Origin: a virus
DNA: 64,000 nt
Strand: one strand, 5' to 3'
Virus record (IMG/VR): IMGVR_UViG_3300047095_000292
Coordinates: 1 to 64,000 of that record
In this document: positions 1 to 8,738 of the stretch, piece by piece
How positions within the stretch are numbered: the stretch's first letter is position 1
Layout of the letters: each line of letters begins with the position of its first letter
Notes under the pieces: generated by a model
What the model saw: only the letters and a program-made list of their open reading frames with translations
Told to the model about the DNA's origin: nothing
The model's database searches: none
Program-made: the position numbers and the translations under genes

Positions 1-4
1 AAGG

Positions 5-80
<76 letters not shown>

Positions 81-82
<2 letters not shown>

Positions 83-287
83 AATCAAATGGCCTTTCAT
101 AAAACTTCTTCTGTTCAGGTGTCATTGTTTTCATAATCTTTTTTGCGCCTCTGTCTGCACTAAATGCTAGTGCAATTACTTTAAAGAGATTATCATACAA
201 TGCCGAGGACGTACCTGAACCTAAGTACTCTATAAATTTTACAAAAGGTATGTCACCGCCTCTACTACCTTTCTTCTCCTTACTCAT
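81..287 (-). CDS. Hypothetical protein
   Basis: 68-aa ORF; start overlaps upstream stop (ATGA). Confidence 0.6.
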
Positions 288-766
288 CTAAACCAATTTA
301 GGAAACTGTTATAAGCCATTACAGTCGCCTTGCTAAAAGATGGCCTTGCAATCTCCTCCTTTTCATCAGTAAATTTCTTAACAATTACTACTAGCTTAGT
401 TTGCGTATTTTTCAAGTCGCGCCCTAGCTTAACTACTTTCAGCTCTTTAGCAGTTACTGTAGCTTGCAACTCAGCATTTGCTGTTTGTAACGCTTTTAGA
501 TTAAATTGTAGCTGTTTGTTATCGAGTACGAGTGTATTAAGTTTGCCTTCAGTGAGTTCACGCTCGGCCAATTGTTTTGCATTTACAGCCTGCACCTGTT
601 GCTCTAGGCGCTTGATAGTCGTATCTGCCTTTTTCTCAGAAATACTGAGACTGACACCGGAAGCAAAGAGCATAATAAAGAAGCCCACAATAAGGCCAGT
701 TATTACTTTCAAGAGAAGTGAATTCTTCTCAAAGACAGTAAGATTATCATAATATTTAAGTTTCAT
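284..766 (-). CDS. Membrane-anchored coiled-coil hypothetical protein
   Basis: N-terminal hydrophobic helix, heptad-rich body, AAGGAG RBS. Confidence 0.7.
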   Translation of the reverse strand: MKLKYYDNLTVFEKNSLLLKVITGLIVGFFIMLFASGVSLSISEKKADTTIKRLEQQVQAVNAKQLAERELTEGKLNTLVLDNKQLQFNLKALQTANAELQATVTAKELKVVKLGRDLKNTQTKLVVIVKKFTDEKEEIARPSFSKATVMAYNSFLNWFR

Positions 767-943
767 TTATTTCTCCTTAATTTCAGTAGTCTGTGTATTG
801 ACAGGAACTTGTTGTGCTGCTGCTACATCCTTATTAACAACTATTGCAGAGGGTGGTGTGGCATGCTGCTTGTTTTCCCACATAGCGCCACCGACTGCGC
901 TAGCCAATACAATCATGGCAGTTACAAACATCGATTCAATCAT
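767..943 (-). CDS. Small membrane/secreted protein (58 aa, not in ORF track)
   Basis: MIESMFVTAMIVLASAVGGAMWENKQ...; AGGAG RBS; resembles 1508..1708. Confidence 0.65.
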   Translation of the reverse strand: MIESMFVTAMIVLASAVGGAMWENKQHATPPSAIVVNKDVAAAQQVPVNTQTTEIKEK

Positions 944-951
944 GACAGCTC

Positions 952-1392
952 CTATTTAAAGAGATTCTTATAAAAGTCAATAGTAATATCAAATACAGGT
1001 TGATAATATGCAATAACCTCTTTATGATATCTCTTAATTCCTTTTTCTTGGATAGCATCTGCAACTACATATGACGATGACATTACAGCAGCTCCAGATA
1101 TTGCTCCAACAAAGCCTGAAGCAAGGATTGGTCCAAAAGGTGCGTAATATAATGGAGCTCCAGCAGCAGTAGTAGCCTGTACACCATTCACTAAAACTGG
1201 CTGTATTGAGGCAACCGCTCCAATGTACGAGCCACCAAAAGAGCCGATCACATATCCATACATTGCTGTAGCCGCTACATTATCGTAATCTGGATTTTTT
1301 GTTTCAGCACGCGTGTCTGTGATGTGTAACACTACAAGAAAAGCTATAATAACTAATAACCATTCCTTTGCAATTACTAATGCATTTTTCAT
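952..1392 (-). CDS. Membrane protein with glycine-zipper-like helices
   Basis: Hydrophobic GxxxG segments; AAGGAG RBS; directly downstream of promoter-like motif A. Confidence 0.7.
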   Translation of the reverse strand: MKNALVIAKEWLLVIIAFLVVLHITDTRAETKNPDYDNVAATAMYGYVIGSFGGSYIGAVASIQPVLVNGVQATTAAGAPLYYAPFGPILASGFVGAISGAAVMSSSYVVADAIQEKGIKRYHKEVIAYYQPVFDITIDFYKNLFK

Positions 1393-1410
1393 TTGTATCT
1401 CCTTTGTGTT

Positions 1411-1440
1411 GTATTCATATAAGATATCCCGTTTTGCGCA
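1411..1440 (-). promoter_or_regulatory. Phage promoter-like motif A, copy 1
   Basis: TGCGCAAAACGGGATATCTTATATGAATAC; same-spaced motif recurs 5 times upstream of genes. Confidence 0.7.
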
Positions 1441-1507
1441 ATTTCCTTTCAGATTATCTTATATAAATACCTGTCTATTTTAACCCGACAGGCAGGGCTG
1501 CAGCTCA

Positions 1508-1708
1508 TTACTTATTAATAATTGCAAGCATCTTATCTTCTTCTCGCTTCTGGACTTCAGCAGTAACAGGTTGATTTGCATTTAGAGCCTGTGTAGCTAC
1601 AACTTGGCGTTCAGTGTGCTGGAGCACTTGCTTGTTGTAGTCAGCAGCATGTCCACCAAGCATTGCAGATACGTTCAGGACAACGAACGTGATGACAGCC
1701 TCAAGCAT
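1508..1708 (-). CDS. Small membrane/secreted protein
   Basis: 66 aa, hydrophobic N-terminus, AGGAGG RBS. Confidence 0.65.
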   Translation of the reverse strand: MLEAVITFVVLNVSAMLGGHAADYNKQVLQHTERQVVATQALNANQPVTAEVQKREEDKMLAIINK

Positions 1709-1717
1709 GATACCCTC

Positions 1718-1864
1718 CTAAGATTTAACAGGTTTGACGCAGATTAATTGCGGGATACCCCACTCTGTCACTGCAATGTTCCATGCATCGTACCAGCATG
1801 CAGCAATGCACTTATACTCGTGACGAACACCATCAACTACGATCTTGATCCAGTATGGTTTCAT
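1718..1864 (-). CDS. Hypothetical protein (48 aa, not in ORF track)
   Basis: MKPYWIKIVVDGVRHEYKCIAACWYDAW...; AAGGAG RBS; follows motif A copy 2. Confidence 0.65.
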   Translation of the reverse strand: MKPYWIKIVVDGVRHEYKCIAACWYDAWNIAVTEWGIPQLICVKPVKS

Positions 1865-1893
1865 TATGTAGCTCCTTTATTGGTTATTTGTTT

Positions 1894-1923
1894 CTACTCA
1901 TATAAGATACTTCATTTTGCGCA
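1894..1923 (-). promoter_or_regulatory. Phage promoter-like motif A, copy 2
   Basis: TGCGCAAAATGAAGTATCTTATATGAGTAG. Confidence 0.7.
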
Positions 1924-2042
1924 GTTTATTTAAGCGTAATAAGGCTGTGTCTTTCCTTGCGATCACGTGCACCACGTCGTGTCTCCAGATTACGCTTAAA
2001 TAAAAACACTGCCAGTCTACCTGGGCAGTATCAGGTGTAGTT

Positions 2043-2210
2043 CTATACGTACAGCGAAAGATTAATTGGATTGAGCCTGTGTATAGCCTTTTCAAATTCA
2101 TCCATACACCAATTTAGCTTTGCCTCACGGTACAGTGCTGAGTTACGATCAGCCTGCTCCATGATAATGCCTTCAACTAATGCCAGGTCAATCTCCTCCG
2201 AGAGTACCAT
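2043..2210 (-). CDS. Hypothetical protein (55 aa, not in ORF track)
   Basis: MVLSEEIDLALVEGIIMEQADRNSALYREAKLNW...; starts 2 nt after the hydrolase stop. Confidence 0.55.
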   Translation of the reverse strand: MVLSEEIDLALVEGIIMEQADRNSALYREAKLNWCMDEFEKAIHRLNPINLSLYV

Positions 2211-2212
2211 TT

Positions 2213-2725
2213 TTATTTCCCTTTATAGAAAATGTGGTTGTTGATAATAATCGCTTCTTCATAGCTCCGAGCCCATTTCGGTCTCTTTAATTGCACTGTA
2301 TGAAAGAACAAGGCCCCTCCAGTTATATCTTCGCCGGTTGTCAAGGCGTATTTAGCTATTTCGACAGATTGCGCATAGGCAACTTTTTCGTAAATGCCAA
2401 GTTGATCTCTCATCAAGGTCCAGCTGAATTGTGAGGGCTGATGTACAACTTCACAGAGCGTATCTGGAAATCCTTTTGTAGACAGCCTGTTGAGTGTTAC
2501 GTTTGCCACAGCAAGCATTCCATAGAAACCCTCGCCGCGAGCTTCATGATAGATATTCTCTGCTAAGCATTTCAAGTCTCTCGTGGAGACATTAGTGTTA
2601 GCAGATTGTGATACTGCGACTACTTCTAGCTGTACTTTAGGAGCACTCATTTTAGGACGTACACCTTCAATGAATACTACGAGAGATGCGACTGCTATTA
2701 AAGTTAGGCTAATTGTTAATCTCAA
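2213..2725 (-). CDS. Cell wall hydrolase, SleB/Hydrolase_2 family, with N-terminal signal/anchor
   Basis: CLAENIYHEARGE, VANVTLNR, QFSW, GALFFH and NHIFY motifs. Confidence 0.9.
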   Translation of the reverse strand: MRLTISLTLIAVASLVVFIEGVRPKMSAPKVQLEVVAVSQSANTNVSTRDLKCLAENIYHEARGEGFYGMLAVANVTLNRLSTKGFPDTLCEVVHQPSQFSWTLMRDQLGIYEKVAYAQSVEIAKYALTTGEDITGGALFFHTVQLKRPKWARSYEEAIIINNHIFYKGK

Positions 2726-2739
2726 TTAGGTTACTCCTT

Positions 2740-3192
2740 TTAATTATGAAAGAATTCCCCATGGAGCTCCTTCGCCTTCTTACAGTATGCCTCATAAGCA
2801 AGCTCCGGCGTAGTGAAGGAACCTATTTGCTTATAACTGCCATTAGTCTTAATTTGAGCACGCCATTTACCATCACGCTCATGCCATGTCACACCTTTAT
2901 AACCAGATGTGTTATTAGAGGGTTTTCCTCTATTTTGCATATTCTGTGCATGCGTACCTAGTCTAAGATTCTCAAGATTGTTATTAAGTTTATTTTCATC
3001 ACGATGCTCCACTATCATGCCAGGAGGTATCTCTGAATTAAACATTTCCCATATTATTCTGCTGGCAATATACAACCTACTATCAACCGTTACAGCAATA
3101 TAGCCGCTGCCGCTTCGATACCCAGCCAACTTGCCAGAATTTCTCCAGTATAGCTTGCCGTCTATATAATTAAATAAAGTATTCCAATTCAT
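2740..3192 (-). CDS. HNH endonuclease with C-terminal AP2 domain
   Basis: VEHRDENKLNNNLENLR; NNTSGYKGVTW...KWRAQI...ELHGEF. Confidence 0.9.
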   Translation of the reverse strand: MNWNTLFNYIDGKLYWRNSGKLAGYRSGSGYIAVTVDSRLYIASRIIWEMFNSEIPPGMIVEHRDENKLNNNLENLRLGTHAQNMQNRGKPSNNTSGYKGVTWHERDGKWRAQIKTNGSYKQIGSFTTPELAYEAYCKKAKELHGEFFHN

Positions 3193-3226
3193 GATATCCT
3201 CTTTTTATTATTATAATACCTGATTG

Positions 3227-3256
3227 GTATTCATATAAGATACCTGGAAATGCGCA
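3227..3256 (-). promoter_or_regulatory. Phage promoter-like motif A, copy 3
   Basis: TGCGCATTTCCAGGTATCTTATATGAATAC, immediately after the late-operon terminator. Confidence 0.7.
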
Positions 3257-3260
3257 GATT

Positions 3261-3298
3261 AAAAACCCCAGGTCGTCTATTATAGACAGCCCAGGGTG
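3261..3298 (-). terminator. Intrinsic terminator ending the late/lysis operon
   Basis: Minus strand CACCCTGGGCTGTCTATAATAGACGACCTGGGG-TTTTT. Confidence 0.75.
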
Positions 3299-3300
3299 TA

Positions 3301-3891
3301 TTACTTTTGTGTTGCCTTGTTACGAGTTCCAAAATACCAGAGAGTAACAGTTGTGAATAGATATATAATACTATGGACAATGTAGTCTGTCAGATCCATA
3401 GCCTGCTTTACATCTAGATCTTCTTTTGATAGTAGATCTCTTGCCTGAAAGTAAATCAGTGTAGTCAGAACACAAAGATATATTGTTAACCCTGGACGTA
3501 CAAAGCCTCTAACAAAATCTAGTACTACCATTGCCCATCTTTGATTACTACTTAGATTTCCTGTAGTAAATTGTTTAGGCTCCAAATCGTATGACTTAGA
3601 AAAGGCCGCAGCGTCAGCCGCAGCTTCTATACCCTTTGTTTGGGCATCTGCAAGATTAACCGCATTCTCTCCTTCAAGAGTTACAACTTGGACTTTAGCA
3701 GCAGCTTCTTGCGCCATGATCTTTGCATCAACCTCACGCAAAGCTACAGCATTAGTATGGCGCTGATTCTCAAGCTGCATGTCTAGTTGTTTGTTTTTGT
3801 AGTCAGCAAATCTTTGCGCTACAACACCAATAATGCCCGTAGCACCACCACTAAAGATTGCCCCGAAGATTGTTCCTAGAGTTTCAAGCAT
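3301..3891 (-). CDS. Putative holin (3-TM, GTA-holin-like)
   Basis: N-terminal hydrophobic helix, VRPGLT and WYFGTR motifs, two C-terminal TM helices. Confidence 0.7.
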   Translation of the reverse strand: MLETLGTIFGAIFSGGATGIIGVVAQRFADYKNKQLDMQLENQRHTNAVALREVDAKIMAQEAAAKVQVVTLEGENAVNLADAQTKGIEAAADAAAFSKSYDLEPKQFTTGNLSSNQRWAMVVLDFVRGFVRPGLTIYLCVLTTLIYFQARDLLSKEDLDVKQAMDLTDYIVHSIIYLFTTVTLWYFGTRNKATQK

Positions 3892-3977
3892 TATTAAACC
3901 CTCTATAGTCAGAGAAAGAACACCTCATAACACCCGACTGCACTAACATTTGTACACTAGAGTGTATCAACTGCTTG

Positions 3978-4412
3978 TTAAAGCTTACTGTCATTCGCAT
4001 CCGTTATCTCCAATATAAATGGTAATTTCTGCATTATCAGGACAAAGTTGTCCATTGCAGGGCGTGAGAGAAGTAGCGCCTTTTGGTTTCGAATATAGCC
4101 CAGACGTTCTCCGAAAGATATACACCCAAGTAGCTGAGCTTTGTATCCTAACGTAGCATCACCCATAAGGTTCGACGAGTGCAGTCTTATACCGCCACGC
4201 TTAGGAACTTTTTGGACTTCATATGTAAATACTTTAAGCCTTGGCGATAATGTCCAAAGAACAATATAGGTACCTTTAGGAATACAAGAGATATTACTCT
4301 GATTATTTCTATCAGGTAACTCTCCTGTAAACCTTACATGGTCTGGATAATATATCTTTCCAAAGGTGCCTTGATCACTATAATCGAAACGGACTATTTT
4401 GACTTTATTAAT
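3978..4412 (-). CDS. DUF5675-like protein, candidate endolysin; probable non-canonical ATT start
   Basis: Frame is open from 4439: ...KVKIVRFDYSDQGTFGKI...ELPDRNNQSNISCIPKGTY...VPKRGGIRLHSSN...LLGCISFG; ORF track captured only the last 62 aa. Confidence 0.7.
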   Translation of the reverse strand: MNKVKIVRFDYSDQGTFGKIYYPDHVRFTGELPDRNNQSNISCIPKGTYIVLWTLSPRLKVFTYEVQKVPKRGGIRLHSSNLMGDATLGYKAQLLGCISFGERLGYIRNQKALLLSRPAMDNFVLIMQKLPFILEITDANDSKL

Positions 4413-4657
4413 ATTAGCTCCCGTTGACCTTCGTCGTCTTCAATACAGTTTATACAGTGATTCCATCCCTGCCAACAAAATAGTACATTAATGAACCATG
4501 CTAATGGTGTAGCAGGGATACGAATCCACACACCATGATCCCCGCGCTGGCACTTGCCCACCCTGGACGAAAATGTCTCGTCGGGATCGCCGCCGATGAT
4601 CGTGTTGATCAGTTGATCGACGGCGAGGAACAGGTTGTGGAAGTAGTCGTACATCAT
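4394..4657 (-). CDS. Conserved phage hypothetical protein
   Basis: LAVDQLINTIIGGDPDETFSSRVG motif, typical of small genes next to tail fibres. Confidence 0.75.
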   Translation of the reverse strand: MMYDYFHNLFLAVDQLINTIIGGDPDETFSSRVGKCQRGDHGVWIRIPATPLAWFINVLFCWQGWNHCINCIEDDEGQRELILIKSK

Positions 4658-6096
4658 TTTCTCGCCACCAGCGTAACGAAACCAAACCGGGCATTCATTA
4701 CCTGAACTTCACGGAAACCGATTCTGTTCAGCACCGCCAGATACCATGTCAGTGGCCTGACCGTCAGCACACCTTTGATCGCATTTACCTTCTCTGCGAT
4801 CTCTGCATCAGACACACCGGCGTTGCGTTTGAAGTCGAGATACAGACTGTTAGCAAGATTTTCACAGTCCATTTTGTCAGTCAGCACCAACACGCCGTTG
4901 TCAATCAGATGGTCGTGTATGGCGGCAAGGTATGCTTCGCGCTCTGGAATGAAGTGCAGTGTCCAGTTCGCCAGTACAGCAGCCCACGACTGCGCAGGGA
5001 AGCTGTCGCTGAGAATGATTCGCTCCGTGTGCTGGCTTTTGTCCGCCATCGCCGCCGATGCTTCAACCCCGTAGGCATCATAGCCTGCGTCGATTAAGCG
5101 CCCTACTGTATAGCCGATGGCGCTGCCCACATCGAGCACCCGACCTGCGCCTTGCAGCGTGCAGTCGAGTATATCAATGCTCATGTCAATCACTCGCTCG
5201 TAGTCAGGGATGTGGGCCAGTGCCTCACGCTGAAACCTGTCTGCGACCGCCGCATCGAATGCCCATGTACCGGCAATGCGCGGCGGCGTTGCGTAAGTGA
5301 TCGGGGTATCTGTTGCCAAAGCTACAACCTGAGCTAGTTCGCGCAGATGTGATCCAGTACGAACAAAGCGCAGGGCGTAGCGGAACGGCACAGTTGATGT
5401 GGTGTCGCGTTCTAGCGGGTCGTGATAGGCGTCATGCACTCGCTTGTCGGTATTCGGTGCAGGCATCAAGGGTTCAGAATAGCCGAAGCCCAACCCCTTC
5501 ATAATCACCTTGAGGGCAGTTGGCGTTAGTCGCGTCCCGGTCGCCTTGAAATACTGGTCGCTGCGGTTGGCCGTCGCTACGTTAATAATCTGTGCATCCT
5601 CGCAGATTTCGATCAGTGCAATACCCTGATCTGCCGTACCCCACGGATACATGGCGTCGATCACCACTTCTTTACTTGATGCTTCCGCGATCAGCTTGAG
5701 AATAGCAAACGGGTCGATGAAGGCATTGATAATTCCGCACGCCAGAACGATGTCGTATTGCTTCGGATTAAGTTCGAGAAAAGCGCGAACATCCTGTCGG
5801 GCGACTTGAAAAGTGTTGGCATTGAGCTGCATGGCAAGAAGTTGCTCAGAGCGATCAGCGTATTCGGGTTGAACTTCAACACCTGTGTAGAAAGTTGCGC
5901 AGTGCGCCATTGCCCACATACCCATTGCGCCAAGGCCGCTACCGAGATCAAGCACAGACTTGCCTTGTACGTCAGGCATGAAAGCCATACAGCGATTGGT
6001 CAGAGATTCTTTCGTCACTGGTGCAAAGGCGCGAGTAGCCCTGTTGTCCTGTTCGACAAACTCAGGAAATCGGTCGAAGAATCTCATTGCAGCCAC
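4654..6096 (-). CDS. Two-domain SAM-dependent transferase: N-terminal class I MTase (CmoB-like) plus C-terminal CmoA-like domain
   Basis: GKSVLDLGSGLG; WAFDAAVADRF...IPDY, VLDVGSAIG, NWTLHFI, LVLTDK, LDFKRNAGVSDAEIAEK. Confidence 0.8.
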   Translation of the reverse strand: MAAMRFFDRFPEFVEQDNRATRAFAPVTKESLTNRCMAFMPDVQGKSVLDLGSGLGAMGMWAMAHCATFYTGVEVQPEYADRSEQLLAMQLNANTFQVARQDVRAFLELNPKQYDIVLACGIINAFIDPFAILKLIAEASSKEVVIDAMYPWGTADQGIALIEICEDAQIINVATANRSDQYFKATGTRLTPTALKVIMKGLGFGYSEPLMPAPNTDKRVHDAYHDPLERDTTSTVPFRYALRFVRTGSHLRELAQVVALATDTPITYATPPRIAGTWAFDAAVADRFQREALAHIPDYERVIDMSIDILDCTLQGAGRVLDVGSAIGYTVGRLIDAGYDAYGVEASAAMADKSQHTERIILSDSFPAQSWAAVLANWTLHFIPEREAYLAAIHDHLIDNGVLVLTDKMDCENLANSLYLDFKRNAGVSDAEIAEKVNAIKGVLTVRPLTWYLAVLNRIGFREVQVMNARFGFVTLVARK

Positions 6097-6584
6097 ATTT
6101 CCACAGCCACAAAGTCCGAACTAGCGATGATCTCGACGGGGCCAGATAGTGCATGAGCGACCAGCGGAGCAGATTTCACGACAGCATTCGCACTGAAGCC
6201 GCCTTTTGCCACGGCGAATGTTGCGCCCTGTCGAATGACGGCACTTTGACCCGCGCTCAACTCGATGCGCCGCGTGCCGTATGGTTTACCCTGCGATGAT
6301 AGACAGAGATAAATGCTGCCATCCTCAAGACTGATAATTGCTCGGTCGCCAATAGGACGCACCGCGTTCAGGTGTGATGAGTAGCCTTGCGACATTTCGA
6401 TGATGCTGGCATCGGGCATGGGGCCGTAAGAGAACCGCCCCGCCATAATCAAGTTGATTGCCGGCATTTTATTGGTTGGCGTCTCGGCTGAAAAGCTGAT
6501 GTCGTAGCGTTCGCCGACCTGACACACGGCTTCAGCAACGTCAAAATCGCCCACTTTCGTAACAACAAAGGCATTGAATTTCAC
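6084..6584 (-). CDS. Hypothetical beta-rich (cupin-like) protein
   Basis: Translationally coupled within the GC-rich cassette. Confidence 0.65.
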   Translation of the reverse strand: MKFNAFVVTKVGDFDVAEAVCQVGERYDISFSAETPTNKMPAINLIMAGRFSYGPMPDASIIEMSQGYSSHLNAVRPIGDRAIISLEDGSIYLCLSSQGKPYGTRRIELSAGQSAVIRQGATFAVAKGGFSANAVVKSAPLVAHALSGPVEIIASSDFVAVEMWLQ

Positions 6585-6961
6585 AATACTTCTACCGGAA
6601 CAACAGTCGGAGTTATTGTGTGATTACTCGGTGCGACCAATGGCGTAATTTGCCGAATCACTTCAAGACCCACCATTGGCAGAATTTCGGACATACTGGT
6701 ATCCTGATTTAGATCAGCCACGGCAGCTTTTATCTTAAAGAAATTAACAGGACAATTTTGCAGAATAATTGCCTCAAGTTCAGCACCCGAAGGTGTAGGA
6801 AGCGGAAGCGAAATAGCAACGTCTGTGCGACAGCGAAGCATGTTTCCATCACCATCAACTTGTGATGCCAGCGAAGCCTCTGGAACTTCATCTGAATAAA
6901 AGCGCACGACAATCTGCTGCTCGTCAGAATTTACTTCAATGATTTTATATTTGATTTGCAT
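6581..6961 (-). CDS. Tail-fibre-associated hypothetical protein
   Basis: Follows the adhesin gene; AGGAG RBS. Confidence 0.65.
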   Translation of the reverse strand: MQIKYKIIEVNSDEQQIVVRFYSDEVPEASLASQVDGDGNMLRCRTDVAISLPLPTPSGAELEAIILQNCPVNFFKIKAAVADLNQDTSMSEILPMVGLEVIRQITPLVAPSNHTITPTVVPVEVL

Positions 6962-6976
6962 GATAGCTCCTATTGA

Positions 6977-7921
6977 TTAAACAGCATTGCCAGTACGGGT
7001 TCCGTTGGATACCCACGTCACATAACTATTGCCGTTGATGTAATACCCAACAGACCCGGCAGAACCGGCAGCACCGCCCGATCCGTGGTAGTTGGCATTC
7101 ACGTTATTGCCAGCACTACCAGCAGCCCCTAGGTTGCCCCCATTACCACCTGTCGCATACGCGTGCGTGCCGCCAGCTCCGCCCGTAGTTGCTGCTCCAG
7201 AGCTACCGCCGCCGCCGCCGTTATAGCCTGTGCCGCCACCGCCATAAGCGGCACCGCCACCGCCACCAGCGCCAAAAATAGTACCCTTTGCGTCGTCGTA
7301 CATATCGCCGCCGCCGCCGCCGCCGCCGCCACTACCAGCTACGCCGCCAGCTAAAGTTCCGCCAGCATTTGTAACGGATATTGCAAATTGGGCCTTAAGC
7401 GCAATACCACCAGATCCGGCATTACTACCGCCGCCGCCCGTCTTATTGTAGCTGCCAGTTGTCCCGCTGTTTCCGCCAGTGCCTCCGGCACCGTTCGTTC
7501 CGGCTTGCCCCTGTACTACACCGCCACTAGTGTTGATCAGTGAGAGTGTGTCACCGGCAGACCAACCGCTGCCCGTATCGAGCGCAGGATTCCCGCCGCT
7601 GGCGCTGACCGTGTAAGCCCCTGTGATGGTCAGGATGATGTCGGTTATACCGGCGACGTAAGTGCCACCCTTGTTGGCCCAAATGCTGTAGTTGCTAGTG
7701 TTGGCGCTAATCGAGAGATTGACCACGATGCGATTTGTTGCACCATAGAAGCTACCCATGTTTATAGCACCAGACGTGGCAATATTATTATTGGCTGCAG
7801 GCCCGTTGGGAACACGAGCGCCACCACGATAGTACGCCGAGAGGCTGCGAGGGGCGTTTTGTCCGAACTCAGCCTCGATCTGAGTAAATAGTATTGGGGT
7901 TCCGCTGCCGTGAATAGCCAT
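6977..7921 (-). CDS. Glycine-rich receptor-binding adhesin (gp38-like tail fibre tip)
   Basis: Polyglycine GGGGG/GGxGG tracts; follows the fibre with an S74 chaperone. Confidence 0.75.
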   Translation of the reverse strand: MAIHGSGTPILFTQIEAEFGQNAPRSLSAYYRGGARVPNGPAANNNIATSGAINMGSFYGATNRIVVNLSISANTSNYSIWANKGGTYVAGITDIILTITGAYTVSASGGNPALDTGSGWSAGDTLSLINTSGGVVQGQAGTNGAGGTGGNSGTTGSYNKTGGGGSNAGSGGIALKAQFAISVTNAGGTLAGGVAGSGGGGGGGGDMYDDAKGTIFGAGGGGGAAYGGGGTGYNGGGGGSSGAATTGGAGGTHAYATGGNGGNLGAAGSAGNNVNANYHGSGGAAGSAGSVGYYINGNSYVTWVSNGTRTGNAV

Positions 7922-8680
7922 TTACTTACCCTCCAATGCATCCAATCTAGCACGCAGCGATATTACCTCTTTTGCAAGCTCAACACAAGCAGCAAGTGCG
8001 GCATTTCCGTAGGCTACTGAGAGTTTGCCCTTTTCATCAGCGATAATAGCTTCTGGCATTGTCTTTGCAAGGGATTGAGCAGACACGCCAATCATTCTGC
8101 GATTAGTCTTATCACTCTTTAGCTGGTAAGTACCATAACGAGTCTTAGCGAACTGCCCTAAAAAGTCCTCTCCAAATACCTTCCAACTCTTCTTATAACG
8201 ATTATCAGAGTAAGCAGTTACGTTACCCGCAGAAGTCAAATCACCAGTAGATGGATTATATGTTAAAGGTTTAGTGGTAGAACTTATAGATAGCGCTGCA
8301 TTGCCACTAGTTGTTGCACTTTGCATTACTAACTGGTAAGTAGCAGAAGCACTTTGCGCAGTCGTGTATGCATTAGTAGTATTTGTAGCATTTGTAGCAT
8401 TTGTAGCATTAGTAGCATTAGTAGCATTAGTAACAGCTGTAGCCCCAATTGCAGCCACAATCTCAGCAGCACTAGCTACCTTAATCTTACGACCAGTGGT
8501 TCCAGACATTGCCAAGATAGTGCCATCAGTGCTAGTAGTATGAGCACTCTCTGCTTTGCTATTATTTAATGTGATAAGGTTTGCATCAAGCTCAGCATTA
8601 GTTAGTGCTGCACCTTTGTTTGTAACTGTGCCTGACACCTCTGAAGTATTGGTTGTTGCACGTGTAGTTAAATTTGACAT
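7922..8680 (-). CDS. Tail fibre protein with C-terminal intramolecular chaperone (peptidase S74-like)
   Basis: GNVTAY-SDNRYKK cleavage motif, GVSAQ...PEA, C-terminal coiled coil, (ATN)n repeats. Confidence 0.85.
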   Translation of the reverse strand: MSNLTTRATTNTSEVSGTVTNKGAALTNAELDANLITLNNSKAESAHTTSTDGTILAMSGTTGRKIKVASAAEIVAAIGATAVTNATNATNATNATNATNTTNAYTTAQSASATYQLVMQSATTSGNAALSISSTTKPLTYNPSTGDLTSAGNVTAYSDNRYKKSWKVFGEDFLGQFAKTRYGTYQLKSDKTNRRMIGVSAQSLAKTMPEAIIADEKGKLSVAYGNAALAACVELAKEVISLRARLDALEGK

Positions 8681-8738
8681 ATTTATTTCCTATTAAAAGA
8701 GAATCACCTCGAGTACACACTCAAGGTGTGCTCTAATA

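Noticed and set aside
1898-2101. 67-aa ORF 1898..2101
   Set aside because: It overlaps the better-supported 2043..2210 ORF and runs through promoter motif copy 2; no clear RBS
8370-8435. 9-bp tandem repeat as a CRISPR array or DGR variable region
   Set aside because: It encodes (ATN)n fibre repeats; there are no spacers, and no reverse transcriptase or template repeat is seen in the window
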